A stretch of DNA of 64,000 bases from a virus (lineage: Duplodnaviria > Caudoviricetes). This document shows positions 18,221 through 27,932 of this stretch, in pieces; within the stretch, counting starts at the first letter, position 1, and each line of letters begins with the position of its first letter. Position numbers and translations under genes: made by a program. The notes below the pieces were generated by a model, which was not told where the DNA came from, did not search any database, and worked only from the letters and a program-made list of their open reading frames with translations. The DNA lies in the IMG/VR virus record IMGVR_UViG_3300027374_000002, positions 20,097 through 84,096 of that record. One strand, 5' to 3'.

Positions 18221-21200
18221 TTCCTATTTTATTCAAAGCCGATGCCACCGACTTCAGTACCTATGGCATTGGCGCTCTTACTGAAGCTCTTACTTGTGAA
18301 GTAACAGAAGAGCGCAACGGCACTTTTGAGTGTAAAATAACCTACCCTTCAAGCGGGCGGCTTTACAGTGAAATCCTGAAGGACCGTATAATCAAGGCAA
18401 AGCCGAATGATACCAAGGCGGCGCAGGCATTCCGAATTTATAAAATTTCGCTGCCTATCAACGGAACGATTACGGTTTACGCGCAGCACATTTCCTATGA
18501 CCTTTCAGGTATTGGAGTGCTACCGTTCGAGAAAAAGTCAACCACGCCGCAGCTTGCTATGGATTATATCCTCCAACACGCGACTCAGGCGCACAACTTC
18601 TCGTTCCAGACGGACTATTCGGTGGCAAAGGACTTTTCTGTGGATAAACCCAAGAGCATCAGAGCTTGCTTGGGAGGAGAGGAAGGGTCTGTGCTTTCGC
18701 TTTGGGGTGGCGAATTTGAATGGGACAACTTTGAAATCAAACATCACCAGGGGCGCGGGGAACACACCGATGTTGTTATTGAATACGGAAAAAACCTGAC
18801 AAAATTTAATCATGAAAGCGAGGACACGGAGGTCTATACTTCGTTGCTGCCCTTTGCTTTTATGGATAGTGATGAAGACGGTCAAATATTGGTAACGCTT
18901 CCGGAGGTCTTACTCCCGGTGGAAGGTTCCGAGCTGCTGCATACAAAAACTTTATTTCTGGATTTAACCGAGTCATTTGAAGATGGAACGCTAATCACGG
19001 AAAATATGCTGCGGAATAAAGCGCTTTCGTATATTTCGAACCATTCACTTGCAGCATCGGTTCCTAACATAACCATCTCTTTCGAACCTCTCTGGCAGCA
19101 ACCGGAATATACGGCAGTTTTGGAACGGCTCTCACTTTGTGATACGGTAACGATTAAACATTCGGTGCTGGGAGTGAAAGCAAAGGCAAAAGTTATCAAA
19201 ACTGTTTATAACACTCTTTCAGAGAAGTATACCTCTGTGTCGCTCGGTTCGGCAAAAGGAAGTCTTCTGAGTTCAATTGAGCAGAGTACAACCGAGCTTG
19301 AAAAGGTGATGGAAAAAGCAAACGCGTCCGCGAATAAGGTGCCGATGCTTATTAACTCGGCTATCCGCCGTGCAACTGAGTTAATAACTGGGCAGACCGG
19401 CGGGTATGTGGTAATCCATACAAATGCGGAAACAGGGCAACCGTATGAGCTGTTGATTATGGATGCACCGAAAATTGAAGATGCGGTTAACATTTGGCGT
19501 TGGAACGTAAACGGTCTCGGCTTTTCAAGTAAGGGGTACAATGGACCCTATGACACGGCTATTACCGCAGATGGCAGAATAGTTGCAGATTTCATTTCTT
19601 CCGGAACGCTGGTGGCAAATATCATAAAAGCCGGTACGATTTCTTCCGTTGACGGTTCTTCGTTTTGGAACTTGGATACAGGTGAGGTGGTCATAAAAGC
19701 CTATGCAAAAATGGAAGCAGTCGAAAAGGTTCAAACGGAAGCAAATAACGCACAGAGTTCCGCAAACCAAGCACAGACTTCTGCGAATAAGGCACAGGCT
19801 TCTGCAGACAAAGCACAAACTACGGCGAATCAGGCGCAGACAGCAGTAGATGATTTGGCTTCAGATGTAGGTGTGCTTTCCGGCAATGTTGGTGCGCTTA
19901 CCACAAGTGTTAAAACCGTAACTACAAAGCAGGCTTCGCTTGAAAGCAGCGTTGATGGTTTGACGAGTTCAGTTTCCGCTGTTACTACCAGAGTTACAAC
20001 GGCAGAAGGAAAACTTGTCTCGGTGGAAGCAGCGGTCTCAACGTTGAAGCAAACTACCACCGAAATATCTGCGGAGGTTTCGAAGAAGGTTGATGAAACC
20101 TATGGAAGCAGCGCTTCAGCCTTTGGCTGGGTGTTGAAATCCACAGGCTTTTATGTGTATTCAAATGCAACCGCGGTAATGTCGATAACCAGTTCTGGAC
20201 TCTCGGTTGTAGGTGCAATCGATGCGACCAGCGGCTCTATAGGAAATCTTACGATTGACGGTTATCTGTATTTCGGTGGAGACAAGTCATATTATATCAG
20301 CGCGAACTATAACGATGGAAACTATTACATAAGCCTTCCGGGGTTGAGAATAGATAAGGCTTCGACAGCAGTTTTCAGCGGAAAGCTCTCCGCGCCGAGT
20401 GGAACTATTGGCGGATTTACGATTTCAACCTCGTCTATTTACAAAAGCAAAACTTCATACAGTAATTCAACAGAAGGTGTCTATATAGGCACGGACGGTA
20501 TTGGCTTGGGTGCGGGGACTTTTTATGTTACTGCCGCGGGTAAGCTCTACGCGACTAATGCGGAAATATCCGGGACGATAACGGCAACAAGTGGAACGAT
20601 AGGTGGATTCACTATAAATTCGAGTAGCCTTACGAACGCAGGCGGCGGTTCTTCAATTCAAATTACAAGCGGGAACTATACGACTTATCTTGGAGCGAAT
20701 ACTTGTTATAGCAGATATCAGGAATCGGCAGGTTCAAGGGGCTGGTCTTTATCGCATAGCGCCATATCAATATCATCATATAATTCGAGCGTTTATTGCG
20801 GAATCAAGATAACGCCGACTTATTCAAAACGCTTAAGTACAAGTTCTTATTCCAGCACAACGGTTGCTGAAGGCTGTATTACTGCATTTTCTGAGCCTTC
20901 CTATAATGTCGATGGCGGCTATACAACCGGTTCTGCAGTTCCGTTTATTTTGGGATTGTGCAGAAAATATGCAAAATCGCCGTATATGCCTTCTCAGGAA
21001 TGGGGTGCATATTTAAGGTTTGTAAACTACCAACTTGCTGAGCTGGTTTATGACAGCTACTATTCAGGTTCTTGGCGAATGCGAGACGTAAACACGGGAA
21101 GAACCTATGACCTTGTTGGGCATAAATTCTATTTTTGGAGTTATAACAGCAGTGTTTCTAACGATTCACGTGTTTCCATTTCGAGTAGTATTCATGGCTT

Positions 21201-21396
21201 AACATCTGTATCAGGGGCAATAGTTATCCCGAAGGAAAAAAGCACAAACGGCGAGGGCAGCAACCTTAATGGCGATAACAACTTAATAAATAAAAGAGCC
21301 AATTACGGGATTTATATTTCTGGCACAACCGTTTATGTGGTAGTAGATAGTAATGGGCTGCCACACGGGTTTTATTGCTTAATTTTCGGGAGGTAA
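18217..21396 (+). CDS. Tail tip / Tal-like protein with coiled coil and receptor-binding C-terminus
   Basis: N-terminal CEVTEERNG...QAFRIY...VYAQHISYDL baseplate-hub domain, heptad repeats, two SGTIGGFTI units, Ser/Tyr/Gly-rich end. Confidence 0.88.
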   Translation: MIPILFKADATDFSTYGIGALTEALTCEVTEERNGTFECKITYPSSGRLYSEILKDRIIKAKPNDTKAAQAFRIYKISLPINGTITVYAQHISYDLSGIGVLPFEKKSTTPQLAMDYILQHATQAHNFSFQTDYSVAKDFSVDKPKSIRACLGGEEGSVLSLWGGEFEWDNFEIKHHQGRGEHTDVVIEYGKNLTKFNHESEDTEVYTSLLPFAFMDSDEDGQILVTLPEVLLPVEGSELLHTKTLFLDLTESFEDGTLITENMLRNKALSYISNHSLAASVPNITISFEPLWQQPEYTAVLERLSLCDTVTIKHSVLGVKAKAKVIKTVYNTLSEKYTSVSLGSAKGSLLSSIEQSTTELEKVMEKANASANKVPMLINSAIRRATELITGQTGGYVVIHTNAETGQPYELLIMDAPKIEDAVNIWRWNVNGLGFSSKGYNGPYDTAITADGRIVADFISSGTLVANIIKAGTISSVDGSSFWNLDTGEVVIKAYAKMEAVEKVQTEANNAQSSANQAQTSANKAQASADKAQTTANQAQTAVDDLASDVGVLSGNVGALTTSVKTVTTKQASLESSVDGLTSSVSAVTTRVTTAEGKLVSVEAAVSTLKQTTTEISAEVSKKVDETYGSSASAFGWVLKSTGFYVYSNATAVMSITSSGLSVVGAIDATSGSIGNLTIDGYLYFGGDKSYYISANYNDGNYYISLPGLRIDKASTAVFSGKLSAPSGTIGGFTISTSSIYKSKTSYSNSTEGVYIGTDGIGLGAGTFYVTAAGKLYATNAEISGTITATSGTIGGFTINSSSLTNAGGGSSIQITSGNYTTYLGANTCYSRYQESAGSRGWSLSHSAISISSYNSSVYCGIKITPTYSKRLSTSSYSSTTVAEGCITAFSEPSYNVDGGYTTGSAVPFILGLCRKYAKSPYMPSQEWGAYLRFVNYQLAELVYDSYYSGSWRMRDVNTGRTYDLVGHKFYFWSYNSSVSNDSRVSISSSIHGLTSVSGAIVIPKEKSTNGEGSNLNGDNNLINKRANYGIYISGTTVYVVVDSNGLPHGFYCLIFGR
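19762..19845 (+). repeat. 21-bp (7-aa) tandem repeats in the tail tip protein
   Basis: ANQAQTS/ANKAQAS/ADKAQTT/ANQAQTA. Confidence 0.8.
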
Positions 21397-21398
21397 AA

Positions 21399-21779
21399 AT
21401 GAAGATTTACTATCTTCAAAATGAAAACGAAGAGATAATTGAGGACGGATTCGAGCGGTTTAACGATAACTGCAAAGTGATGGATCGTGAGAATTACCAC
21501 ATAGTGAATGGCTATAACGGCGCATTATTCTTCTACGAATATACAAAGACGGAAGAATACAAGCAAAAAGCAAAAGCCTTTGCCGAATATGGGCGGCTTG
21601 AAAACCTGCGTCTGCAACGCAATGAAAAATGCTTCTCGGTTATAAATCGCGGAGCGCTCTGGTATGAGAAGCTCACTCTGGAAGAAAAGGCAGAGTTGGA
21701 AATCTGGTATCAGAGTTGGCTCGATGTTACAGAGACTGGTGTCGCACCCGAAACACCGGAATGGTTAAAAAACAAGTAA
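21399..21779 (+). CDS. Putative tail fibre assembly/chaperone protein
   Basis: After the tail tip gene; LRLQRN...WYQSWLDVT...PETPEW pattern. Confidence 0.6.
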   Translation: MKIYYLQNENEEIIEDGFERFNDNCKVMDRENYHIVNGYNGALFFYEYTKTEEYKQKAKAFAEYGRLENLRLQRNEKCFSVINRGALWYEKLTLEEKAELEIWYQSWLDVTETGVAPETPEWLKNK

Positions 21780-21797
21780 TAAAAGGAGAGTGTCATT

Positions 21798-22193
21798 ATG
21801 ATTTTAATTGAAGTTGTAAAAGCAAAAGAACCCCTGCAGCGGTTGACCGCGAGGCGCTTTTCAAGTTATCGGGTTCTGAGGGAACTTGTAAAACTGCGCA
21901 AAACAGTCGATGCTGAGACAGAGTTCTACACTGAAGCTGAAAAGAAAGCCGTGGAACTTTATTCCGAAAAGGATGAAAACGGCTCTCCCGTTTTTCTTGC
22001 GGACGGAAGACTTAAGCTGAAGGATGTTCAAGCGAAGAAAGATTTTGAAGCGGAAATCTTGAAGTTGAACGAAACGCCGGTTGATGGAATAACACCGGTG
22101 TGCATCCGTGAGGAAGATTTCAAATCAACGGACGATTTGCCCACGCCGGAGGAAATGCTGCTTCTGGAAGGACTGGTCGTATTCGAAGATTAA
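21798..22193 (+). CDS. Hypothetical phage protein
   Basis: 131 aa, RBS AAGGAG, between tail and lysis genes. Confidence 0.7.
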   Translation: MILIEVVKAKEPLQRLTARRFSSYRVLRELVKLRKTVDAETEFYTEAEKKAVELYSEKDENGSPVFLADGRLKLKDVQAKKDFEAEILKLNETPVDGITPVCIREEDFKSTDDLPTPEEMLLLEGLVVFED

Positions 22194-22205
22194 AGGAGGT
22201 AGAAT

Positions 22206-22475
22206 TTGGGCACTGTGGCTGCGATTATTATTTCGATTGCATCAGTGATCACTGCGCTTGGGGTTATTCTGGGAGTAATTCTTTCGGTGCATAAGTGGTA
22301 CTTGAAGCAGGAAAAACAGGATGACGATATTAAGGTCATAAAGGAAGAACAGTCTATTCTCACGCAGGGTGTGCTTGCGTGCTTAAAAGGACTGAAAGAG
22401 CAGGGCTGTGATGGTCCTGTAACGATAGCGATTGATAAGATTGAAACTTATATCAATCAACAGGCGCATAAATAA
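22206..22475 (+). CDS. Single-TM holin-like (XhlA-like) protein
   Basis: TTG start after AGGAGG; N-terminal TM helix then coiled coil. Confidence 0.6.
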   Translation: MGTVAAIIISIASVITALGVILGVILSVHKWYLKQEKQDDDIKVIKEEQSILTQGVLACLKGLKEQGCDGPVTIAIDKIETYINQQAHK

Positions 22476-22487
22476 AGGAGGCAAAAA

Positions 22488-22868
22488 GTGAACGACATCT
22501 TAATAAATATCATTTCGGCGGTGGTGACTACGGTGTTGCTGCCGCTTATTACTTGGGCGGGAACGAAGCTCATTCAGTACATCGGCACAAAGGTCAAAAA
22601 TGAAAAGGCAGCAACGTTGCTTTCTACCGCAACGACTGTCGTGCTAAACGCTGTGAGAAGCGTGTTCCAAACGTATGTGGAGAGCTTGAAAGCAAGCGGT
22701 TCTTTCGGACCGGATGCGCAAGTGGAAGCGTTAAAAAAGGCAAAGGATATCGCTCTTTCTCAGTTTGGTGAAGATGTGAAAAAATACATTACCACAAACT
22801 TCGGTAATCTTGACGGGTGGCTTACCAACCAAATCGAAAGTTCAATTAACCTTTTGAAAAACGCATGA
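22488..22868 (+). CDS. Holin, LL-H-like
   Basis: N-terminal TM segment; AVRSVFQTYV...EALKKAK...QIESSI pattern. Confidence 0.7.
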   Translation: MNDILINIISAVVTTVLLPLITWAGTKLIQYIGTKVKNEKAATLLSTATTVVLNAVRSVFQTYVESLKASGSFGPDAQVEALKKAKDIALSQFGEDVKKYITTNFGNLDGWLTNQIESSINLLKNA

Positions 22869-22895
22869 TGCGGAAGTAAAACTGAATAAACTCTG

Positions 22896-22938
22896 AAAGC
22901 CTATCTGGGAGTTAATCCTGGGTAGGCTTTATTTTTTT
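22896..22938 (+). terminator. Intrinsic terminator ending the late operon
   Basis: AAAGCCTATCTGGG...CCTGGGTAGGCTTT followed by a T run. Confidence 0.75.
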
Positions 22939-22995
22939 ATAAAAATACCCCCTCAAAATAGGTTTGAAATCTCCGAATGGTAGGAGGACCTTTTT

Positions 22996-23403
22996 ATGAC
23001 AGATGAATTGAGAAACCGGGTTCTTGCGTTACGGCGTGAGGGTTTAGGGTTTTCAAAGATTGCACGGGAGCTGGATATCCCTGCGGATACGGTGCGCACG
23101 TTTCTCAATCGGTACAATAAACGATATGAGAACCGATGTCTTTGTTGCGAGAAAATGATAGAGTCATTGCCACATCGGAAGCGGAAACAGTTCTGCTCTG
23201 ACCGCTGCCGTTTACTTTGGTGGAATTCACACCAGACCGTTATAAAAAGGAAAACCTTCTACAAATATATCTGCCCGCAATGCGGAAAGGAGTTCACTGC
23301 TTATGGAAACGCCAAGAGAAAATACTGTTCAAGAAGTTGTTTCGCCGCTGCCCGCCGGAAGGGGAATGACGAAAGAAGAAGCGGAGAGGATAACGGGTTA
23401 TAA
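22996..23403 (+). CDS. HTH plus zinc-finger regulator
   Basis: N-terminal HTH; CLCC, FCSDRC, CPQC and YCSRSC motifs. Confidence 0.8.
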   Translation: MTDELRNRVLALRREGLGFSKIARELDIPADTVRTFLNRYNKRYENRCLCCEKMIESLPHRKRKQFCSDRCRLLWWNSHQTVIKRKTFYKYICPQCGKEFTAYGNAKRKYCSRSCFAAARRKGNDERRSGEDNGL

Positions 23404-23542
23404 ACTCGCCATGAGTATGGCAGATTCAATGCTTGCGCAAGGGATTATATCGGAAGCCGAGCATTATAAAATCGACCAGAAAATGTGTGAAAAATATTGT
23501 ATCAAAATTACCTCTATTTTCCGAAATTATGCCCGAAAATGA
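23366..23542 (+). CDS. SHOCT-like small protein
   Basis: MLAQGIISEAEHYKID; lies directly before the recombinase genes. Confidence 0.65.
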   Translation: MTKEEAERITGYKLAMSMADSMLAQGIISEAEHYKIDQKMCEKYCIKITSIFRNYARK

Positions 23543-23543
23543 G

Positions 23544-23572
23544 TGGATATAAATTCGGTTTAGAGGTAATAT
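23544..23572 (+). promoter_or_regulatory. Conserved cassette promoter, copy 5 (drives the recombinase triad)
   Basis: TGGATA-17 bp-TAATAT with TTAGAG; leader closely resembles copy 1. Confidence 0.7.
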
Positions 23573-23601
23573 ACGCATGCCAAAAAACAAGGAGGTTTTC
23601 T

Positions 23602-23997
23602 ATGGAAAACAAGCTGGAAAAATTGAAGCAACAACGACCTTTGAGGGTTTGCGCGTATGTTCGCCGCAAGCCCGTTCCTGCGGCTCTGCCGGACATCCAA
23701 ACCGAATACTACAACCGGTTAATCAATGGTGTCGATGGTTGGACGAACGCCGGGATTTATACCGACCTGCGGCTGAAAGACAGGGATATGAAGCGAATGC
23801 TGAAAGACTGCAAGAAGCGCAAAATTGACTTGATTATTACAAAGTCGGTTTCCAGGTTTTCGCGCGATGTGAGGAAGTTCGAAAAGATAATGAGCATTTT
23901 GAAAAAATGCGGGGTAGGCGTTTTCTTCGAGCTTGAAAACCTATATTCCCTTGATGCGGAAGCGGCTCTCCGGTTTGATATGCTTTTGGCAGATTGA
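23602..23997 (+). CDS. Resolvase N-terminal-domain protein lacking the catalytic Ser
   Basis: VCAYVRRKP in place of YxRxS; IDLIITKSVSRFSR; 131 aa. Confidence 0.8.
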   Translation: MENKLEKLKQQRPLRVCAYVRRKPVPAALPDIQTEYYNRLINGVDGWTNAGIYTDLRLKDRDMKRMLKDCKKRKIDLIITKSVSRFSRDVRKFEKIMSILKKCGVGVFFELENLYSLDAEAALRFDMLLAD

Positions 23998-24007
23998 GGA
24001 GGGTGAA

Positions 24008-25324
24008 ATGGAAAGGACGGTACAGTTAGTAAGACCTACGCTTCCGAAGGCAGCGCAAATAAAAAGGGTATGCGCATACGCCAGAGTTTCAAGTGGAAAG
24101 GATGAAATGCTGCATTCGCTTTCGGCGCAGGTCAGTTATTACCAACGCCTCATTCAGTCCCGCGCAGCTTGGAAGTTCTGCGGGGTATATGCGGACGAAG
24201 CTGAAACCGGAACGAAGGACTCCCGTGAGCAGTTTCAGGAAATGCTGGCAGAATGTCGCAAGGGAAACATTGACCTGATCATCACAAAGTCCATCACCAG
24301 GTTTGCGCGAAACACAGTAACGCTTCTGCAGGCGGTTCGAGAACTCAAGGATATGGGCATCGAGATTTACTTCGAAGAGCAGAACATTTTCACGCTCTCA
24401 ACCGAAGGCGAAGTGATGCTGACAATTCTCGCATCGTATGCGCAGGAAGAGAGCAGGTCAGCAAGCGAAAATCAGCTCTGGAGGGTAAAGCGGAACTTCG
24501 AAGAAGGCAAGGTCTGGGGGATGCAGATTTACGGTTACAAAGCAGTAGATTGTCAGCTCCAGATTATTCCGGAGGAAGCGGAAGTGGTGAAGCGAATTTT
24601 CGCAGAGTTCCTTGCCGGGAAAGGAAGGGAATCAATTCTGCGCGGCTTGAATCGAGATGGCATCAAACCCAGGCGTGCAGAAAAATGGCAAAGGACATCG
24701 GTTTATAATATCCTGCGCAACTACGCTTATACCGGCAACCTGATTTTACAGAAAACCTACCGAGAAAATTTTATGACAAAAAAATCGATAGTGAACGATG
24801 GTAGGAAACCAAAGTATCATTGTCAGGAAACGCACGAGCCGATTATTTCAATGGAAACATACCAGCAAGCGCAGGCTGAGATTGAACGCCGAAACGCGAA
24901 TCTTCCGAAGAAAGCTCCGTATATGATGTACCTATTTACGAGCCTGATTCGCTGCCCATATTGCGGGGTGAATTACCGCCGGTGCAAAGGTTATAGTTCC
25001 TGGCTTTGGCGCTGTAACACATTTGTGGTTCACGGGAAGCAATCCTGCCCGCAGTCAAAACAGATACGCGAAGATACGATGGTGAGCGTTACCGAAGAGG
25101 TGCTTGGCATCACCGGGTTAAACTACAAGAACATCCACGATGCCATTGATTTTATCGATGCCTTTGAAGGAAACCGGCTGGTGTTTCACTTGAAGAACGG
25201 CGAGGTGGTTGAGCGTGTTTGGAAAGACAGGTCCCGCGCCGAAAGCTGGACACCGGAAATGAAATTGAAAGCGAAGATTAAGGAAGCGGAAAGACAAGAA
25301 GAGTTAAAAAGGAGGGTGCAATAA
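24008..25324 (+). CDS. Large serine recombinase
   Basis: CAYARVSS, TKSITRFARN, recombinase domain, Zn ribbon CPYC...C. Confidence 0.92.
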   Translation: MERTVQLVRPTLPKAAQIKRVCAYARVSSGKDEMLHSLSAQVSYYQRLIQSRAAWKFCGVYADEAETGTKDSREQFQEMLAECRKGNIDLIITKSITRFARNTVTLLQAVRELKDMGIEIYFEEQNIFTLSTEGEVMLTILASYAQEESRSASENQLWRVKRNFEEGKVWGMQIYGYKAVDCQLQIIPEEAEVVKRIFAEFLAGKGRESILRGLNRDGIKPRRAEKWQRTSVYNILRNYAYTGNLILQKTYRENFMTKKSIVNDGRKPKYHCQETHEPIISMETYQQAQAEIERRNANLPKKAPYMMYLFTSLIRCPYCGVNYRRCKGYSSWLWRCNTFVVHGKQSCPQSKQIREDTMVSVTEEVLGITGLNYKNIHDAIDFIDAFEGNRLVFHLKNGEVVERVWKDRSRAESWTPEMKLKAKIKEAERQEELKRRVQ

Positions 25325-26898
25325 TGCCGAAGGTTACAGTAATTCCAGCAACAAAGGATTTTTATACCGGCGTTGATAATAACACGTTCAAAAAGAAAAA
25401 GGTGGCTGCATATGCGCGAGTTTCCACCGCAAGTGAAGAACAGGAAACCTCATACGATGCGCAGGTTGATTACTATACGAAGTATATTCAGGGACGACCG
25501 GATTGGGAGTTTGTAAAAGTTTATACGGACAAGGCAATAACCGGTACGAATACCAAGCGTAGGAAAGGGTTCAAAGAAATGATAGACGATGCGCTTGCCG
25601 GAAAGATTGATTTAATTGTTACTAAGTCCATCAGCCGATTTGCACGAAACACGGTTGACACTCTGGTTACGGTCCGAAAGCTGAAAGAGAAAGGCATAGA
25701 GGTTTACTTTGAAAAGGAAAACATCTACACGTTGGATAGCAAGGGCGAGTTGCTCATAACGATTATGAGTTCGCTGGCGCAGGACGAAAGCCGAAGCATA
25801 AGTGATAACGTAACGTGGGGACAGCGGAAGCGATTTGCGGACGGAAAAGTTAATATGCCTTATAAAAGGTTTCTGGGTTATAAAAAAGGTGAAAACGATC
25901 TGCCGGAAATCGTGCCGGAACAGGCAGAGGTGGTCAGGTTGATTTACTCGCTTTTTCTGGAAGGCAAGACGAGCTACGGCATAGCGAATTACCTGACAGA
26001 ACAGCAAATCCCTACCCCGACAGGGAAGGTTATTCCCTGGAAATCAAGCACTATTGAAAGTATTCTACAAAATGAAAAATACAGAGGTTCGGCGCTTCTG
26101 CAGAAGAAATATACGGTGGACTTCCTCGAAAAGAAAATGATAGTCAACGATGGAAAGGTCCCGCAGTATTATGTAGAAGACAGCCACCCGGCAATAATAA
26201 CGCCAGCGGAATTTGAAATTGTGCAAGGTGAAATTCAGCGCCGGAAAGCAAACAAAGGGAAATATAGCTGTTGCGCACCTTTTGCTTCAAAGGTTGTGTG
26301 CGGCGATTGTGGCGAGTTCTACGGGCAAAAGGTCTGGCATTCGAATAGTAAATACCGAAAGATAATATACCGCTGTAACGGCAAATATCACGGCGAGAAA
26401 TGCGCAACGCCCACCCTCACGGAAGAGCAGTTGAAAGAGGGGTTCCTCAAAGCCATCAACAGCTTGATAGGCATTAAGGAAAGCCTGCTGGAAGATTGCC
26501 GGGAAATGCAGGCGGTGCTATCCGACACTGCAGCATTGGACGAAGAATTGAAAACCGTAACCGATGAGTTTATGGTGGTTCGAGAAATGCTTCGGAAGAT
26601 GATTGAAGATAACTCGCGCAAGGTTCAGGACCAGGATGAGTTCTGGGCGAAATACAACCCGCTGGATGAGAGAGCGAAAAAGGCTGATGCGCGAATTAAG
26701 GAATTGATGGAGCAGCGCACACAGCGCATACAGAAAGCGGAAACAATCGGCGCGTTTATGTTCGAGCTTCACGAGCGCGATGAAGCGGTGGAAGAATTCG
26801 ATAATAAGCTCTGGTTTATGACGGTTGATAAAGTGGTGGTTCAAAGGGACGGAAAGCTGATTTATCATTTCCGCAACGGATTAACGGTTGAAGTGTAG
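25324..26898 (+). CDS. Large serine recombinase (probable prophage integrase)
   Basis: AAYARVST, TKSISRFARN, CGDCG Zn ribbon, coiled coil. Confidence 0.93.
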   Translation: MPKVTVIPATKDFYTGVDNNTFKKKKVAAYARVSTASEEQETSYDAQVDYYTKYIQGRPDWEFVKVYTDKAITGTNTKRRKGFKEMIDDALAGKIDLIVTKSISRFARNTVDTLVTVRKLKEKGIEVYFEKENIYTLDSKGELLITIMSSLAQDESRSISDNVTWGQRKRFADGKVNMPYKRFLGYKKGENDLPEIVPEQAEVVRLIYSLFLEGKTSYGIANYLTEQQIPTPTGKVIPWKSSTIESILQNEKYRGSALLQKKYTVDFLEKKMIVNDGKVPQYYVEDSHPAIITPAEFEIVQGEIQRRKANKGKYSCCAPFASKVVCGDCGEFYGQKVWHSNSKYRKIIYRCNGKYHGEKCATPTLTEEQLKEGFLKAINSLIGIKESLLEDCREMQAVLSDTAALDEELKTVTDEFMVVREMLRKMIEDNSRKVQDQDEFWAKYNPLDERAKKADARIKELMEQRTQRIQKAETIGAFMFELHERDEAVEEFDNKLWFMTVDKVVVQRDGKLIYHFRNGLTVEV

Positions 26899-26908
26899 GG
26901 CATAACGC

Positions 26909-26937
26909 TTTACACATCATTTAAAAAATGATATAAT
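26909..26937 (+). promoter_or_regulatory. Sigma-A promoter
   Basis: TTTACA-17 bp-TATAAT with TG extension. Confidence 0.7.
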
Positions 26938-26969
26938 TTCACTACCAAACGAAAACAGGGGTAGTAAAA

Positions 26970-27209
26970 TTGGATAGAATGTCCGCAAGATTTGTGGCTA
27001 AGAGATTTGGATTCAGCACAGATTTAGTTTATCAAATGTGGGAAGAAATGGGCTTGATTATTAAAAACGGTACTAACTCTTGGAAGTTGACCGAGTTGGG
27101 CGAGAAAAACGGGGGCTTGATGTCCTCTGTTGGATATGTACCTACGTTTGAATTTAAGGTCATTGAAAAGCTGATGATGGATTTTTATAACATCGTATTC
27201 AAGAAATAA
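26970..27209 (+). CDS. Small winged-helix-like hypothetical protein
   Basis: TTG start; WKLTELGEKNG wing-like segment. Confidence 0.55.
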   Translation: MDRMSARFVAKRFGFSTDLVYQMWEEMGLIIKNGTNSWKLTELGEKNGGLMSSVGYVPTFEFKVIEKLMMDFYNIVFKK

Positions 27210-27231
27210 AAGTTTATTTACGGAGCGAAGC

Positions 27232-27894
27232 ATGGGGAAAAAACTTTTATCAAAAATCATTATAGGTATCGCTGCGGTTTGCGTGTTTTCATTCTTCGTT
27301 GTTGGCTGCTCTGCGAGTGATGAAAAATTACTTTCAAATGCGCGGAACCAGGCAGATGCACTATTGAGTGATAAAGGTTATTCCTGCACCGAAATTAGAA
27401 CTGAATTCCTGAACACGCTGACATCAAACGAAAAAGAATACAAAATATATAGTTTAACCATTTATCTGGAAACGGAGGAAACCGGAGACTATGAGTCTAT
27501 TTGGGGAGCATTATCGGTTTTAAAGAATTCAAATTATGATATGGACTGCTTCAAAGAGGGCAGAATATCCATTATGGAATATGTGTTTTATGAAGGTGGC
27601 ACTTATAGCATTTCATCGTTGAACAGCTACATGCTTGAAAAGAAAGGTGATTATAAGTTCAAATACGTTACAGAAACCGTTCCGCACCCAGACCTTCCGT
27701 ATGTGGGAATGTCAGAAGAACTTATCAGTTTTACAGGACTTGGCGAATATGCATCAAGAGTAAAACATGAAGGTGATAACCAGCATAGGCATTGGGTAAC
27801 TTATACCTATTATTTCAGTGAAAATGGAAAAACCACTTATATCGTTCAATGTCAGGATGGCAAGGTAACATCTGTTTCCGGAACGAGCAATTAA
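27232..27894 (+). CDS. Putative lipoprotein
   Basis: Basic N-terminus, hydrophobic core, VVGC lipobox. Confidence 0.75.
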   Translation: MGKKLLSKIIIGIAAVCVFSFFVVGCSASDEKLLSNARNQADALLSDKGYSCTEIRTEFLNTLTSNEKEYKIYSLTIYLETEETGDYESIWGALSVLKNSNYDMDCFKEGRISIMEYVFYEGGTYSISSLNSYMLEKKGDYKFKYVTETVPHPDLPYVGMSEELISFTGLGEYASRVKHEGDNQHRHWVTYTYYFSENGKTTYIVQCQDGKVTSVSGTSN

Positions 27895-27932
27895 AATTGA
27901 GCTGGTTTCCCGCTGTTTTTGAATTCTACCCA

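Larger units (their letters stand above)
1..26900 (+). mobile_element. Prophage, HK97-type head and siphovirus tail (left part lies outside the window)
   Basis: Colinear terL-portal-protease-capsid-neck-tail-TMP-Dit-Tal-holin genes followed by serine recombinases. Right boundary is approximate; no att site identified. Confidence 0.95.

Noticed and set aside
21200-21396. AAC/AAT-rich C-terminus of the tail tip protein as a DGR variable region
   Set aside because: No reverse transcriptase and no template repeat seen in the window.
26880-26970. Prophage attR
   Set aside because: No partner site is in the window, and serine-integrase att sites cannot be called from one end.
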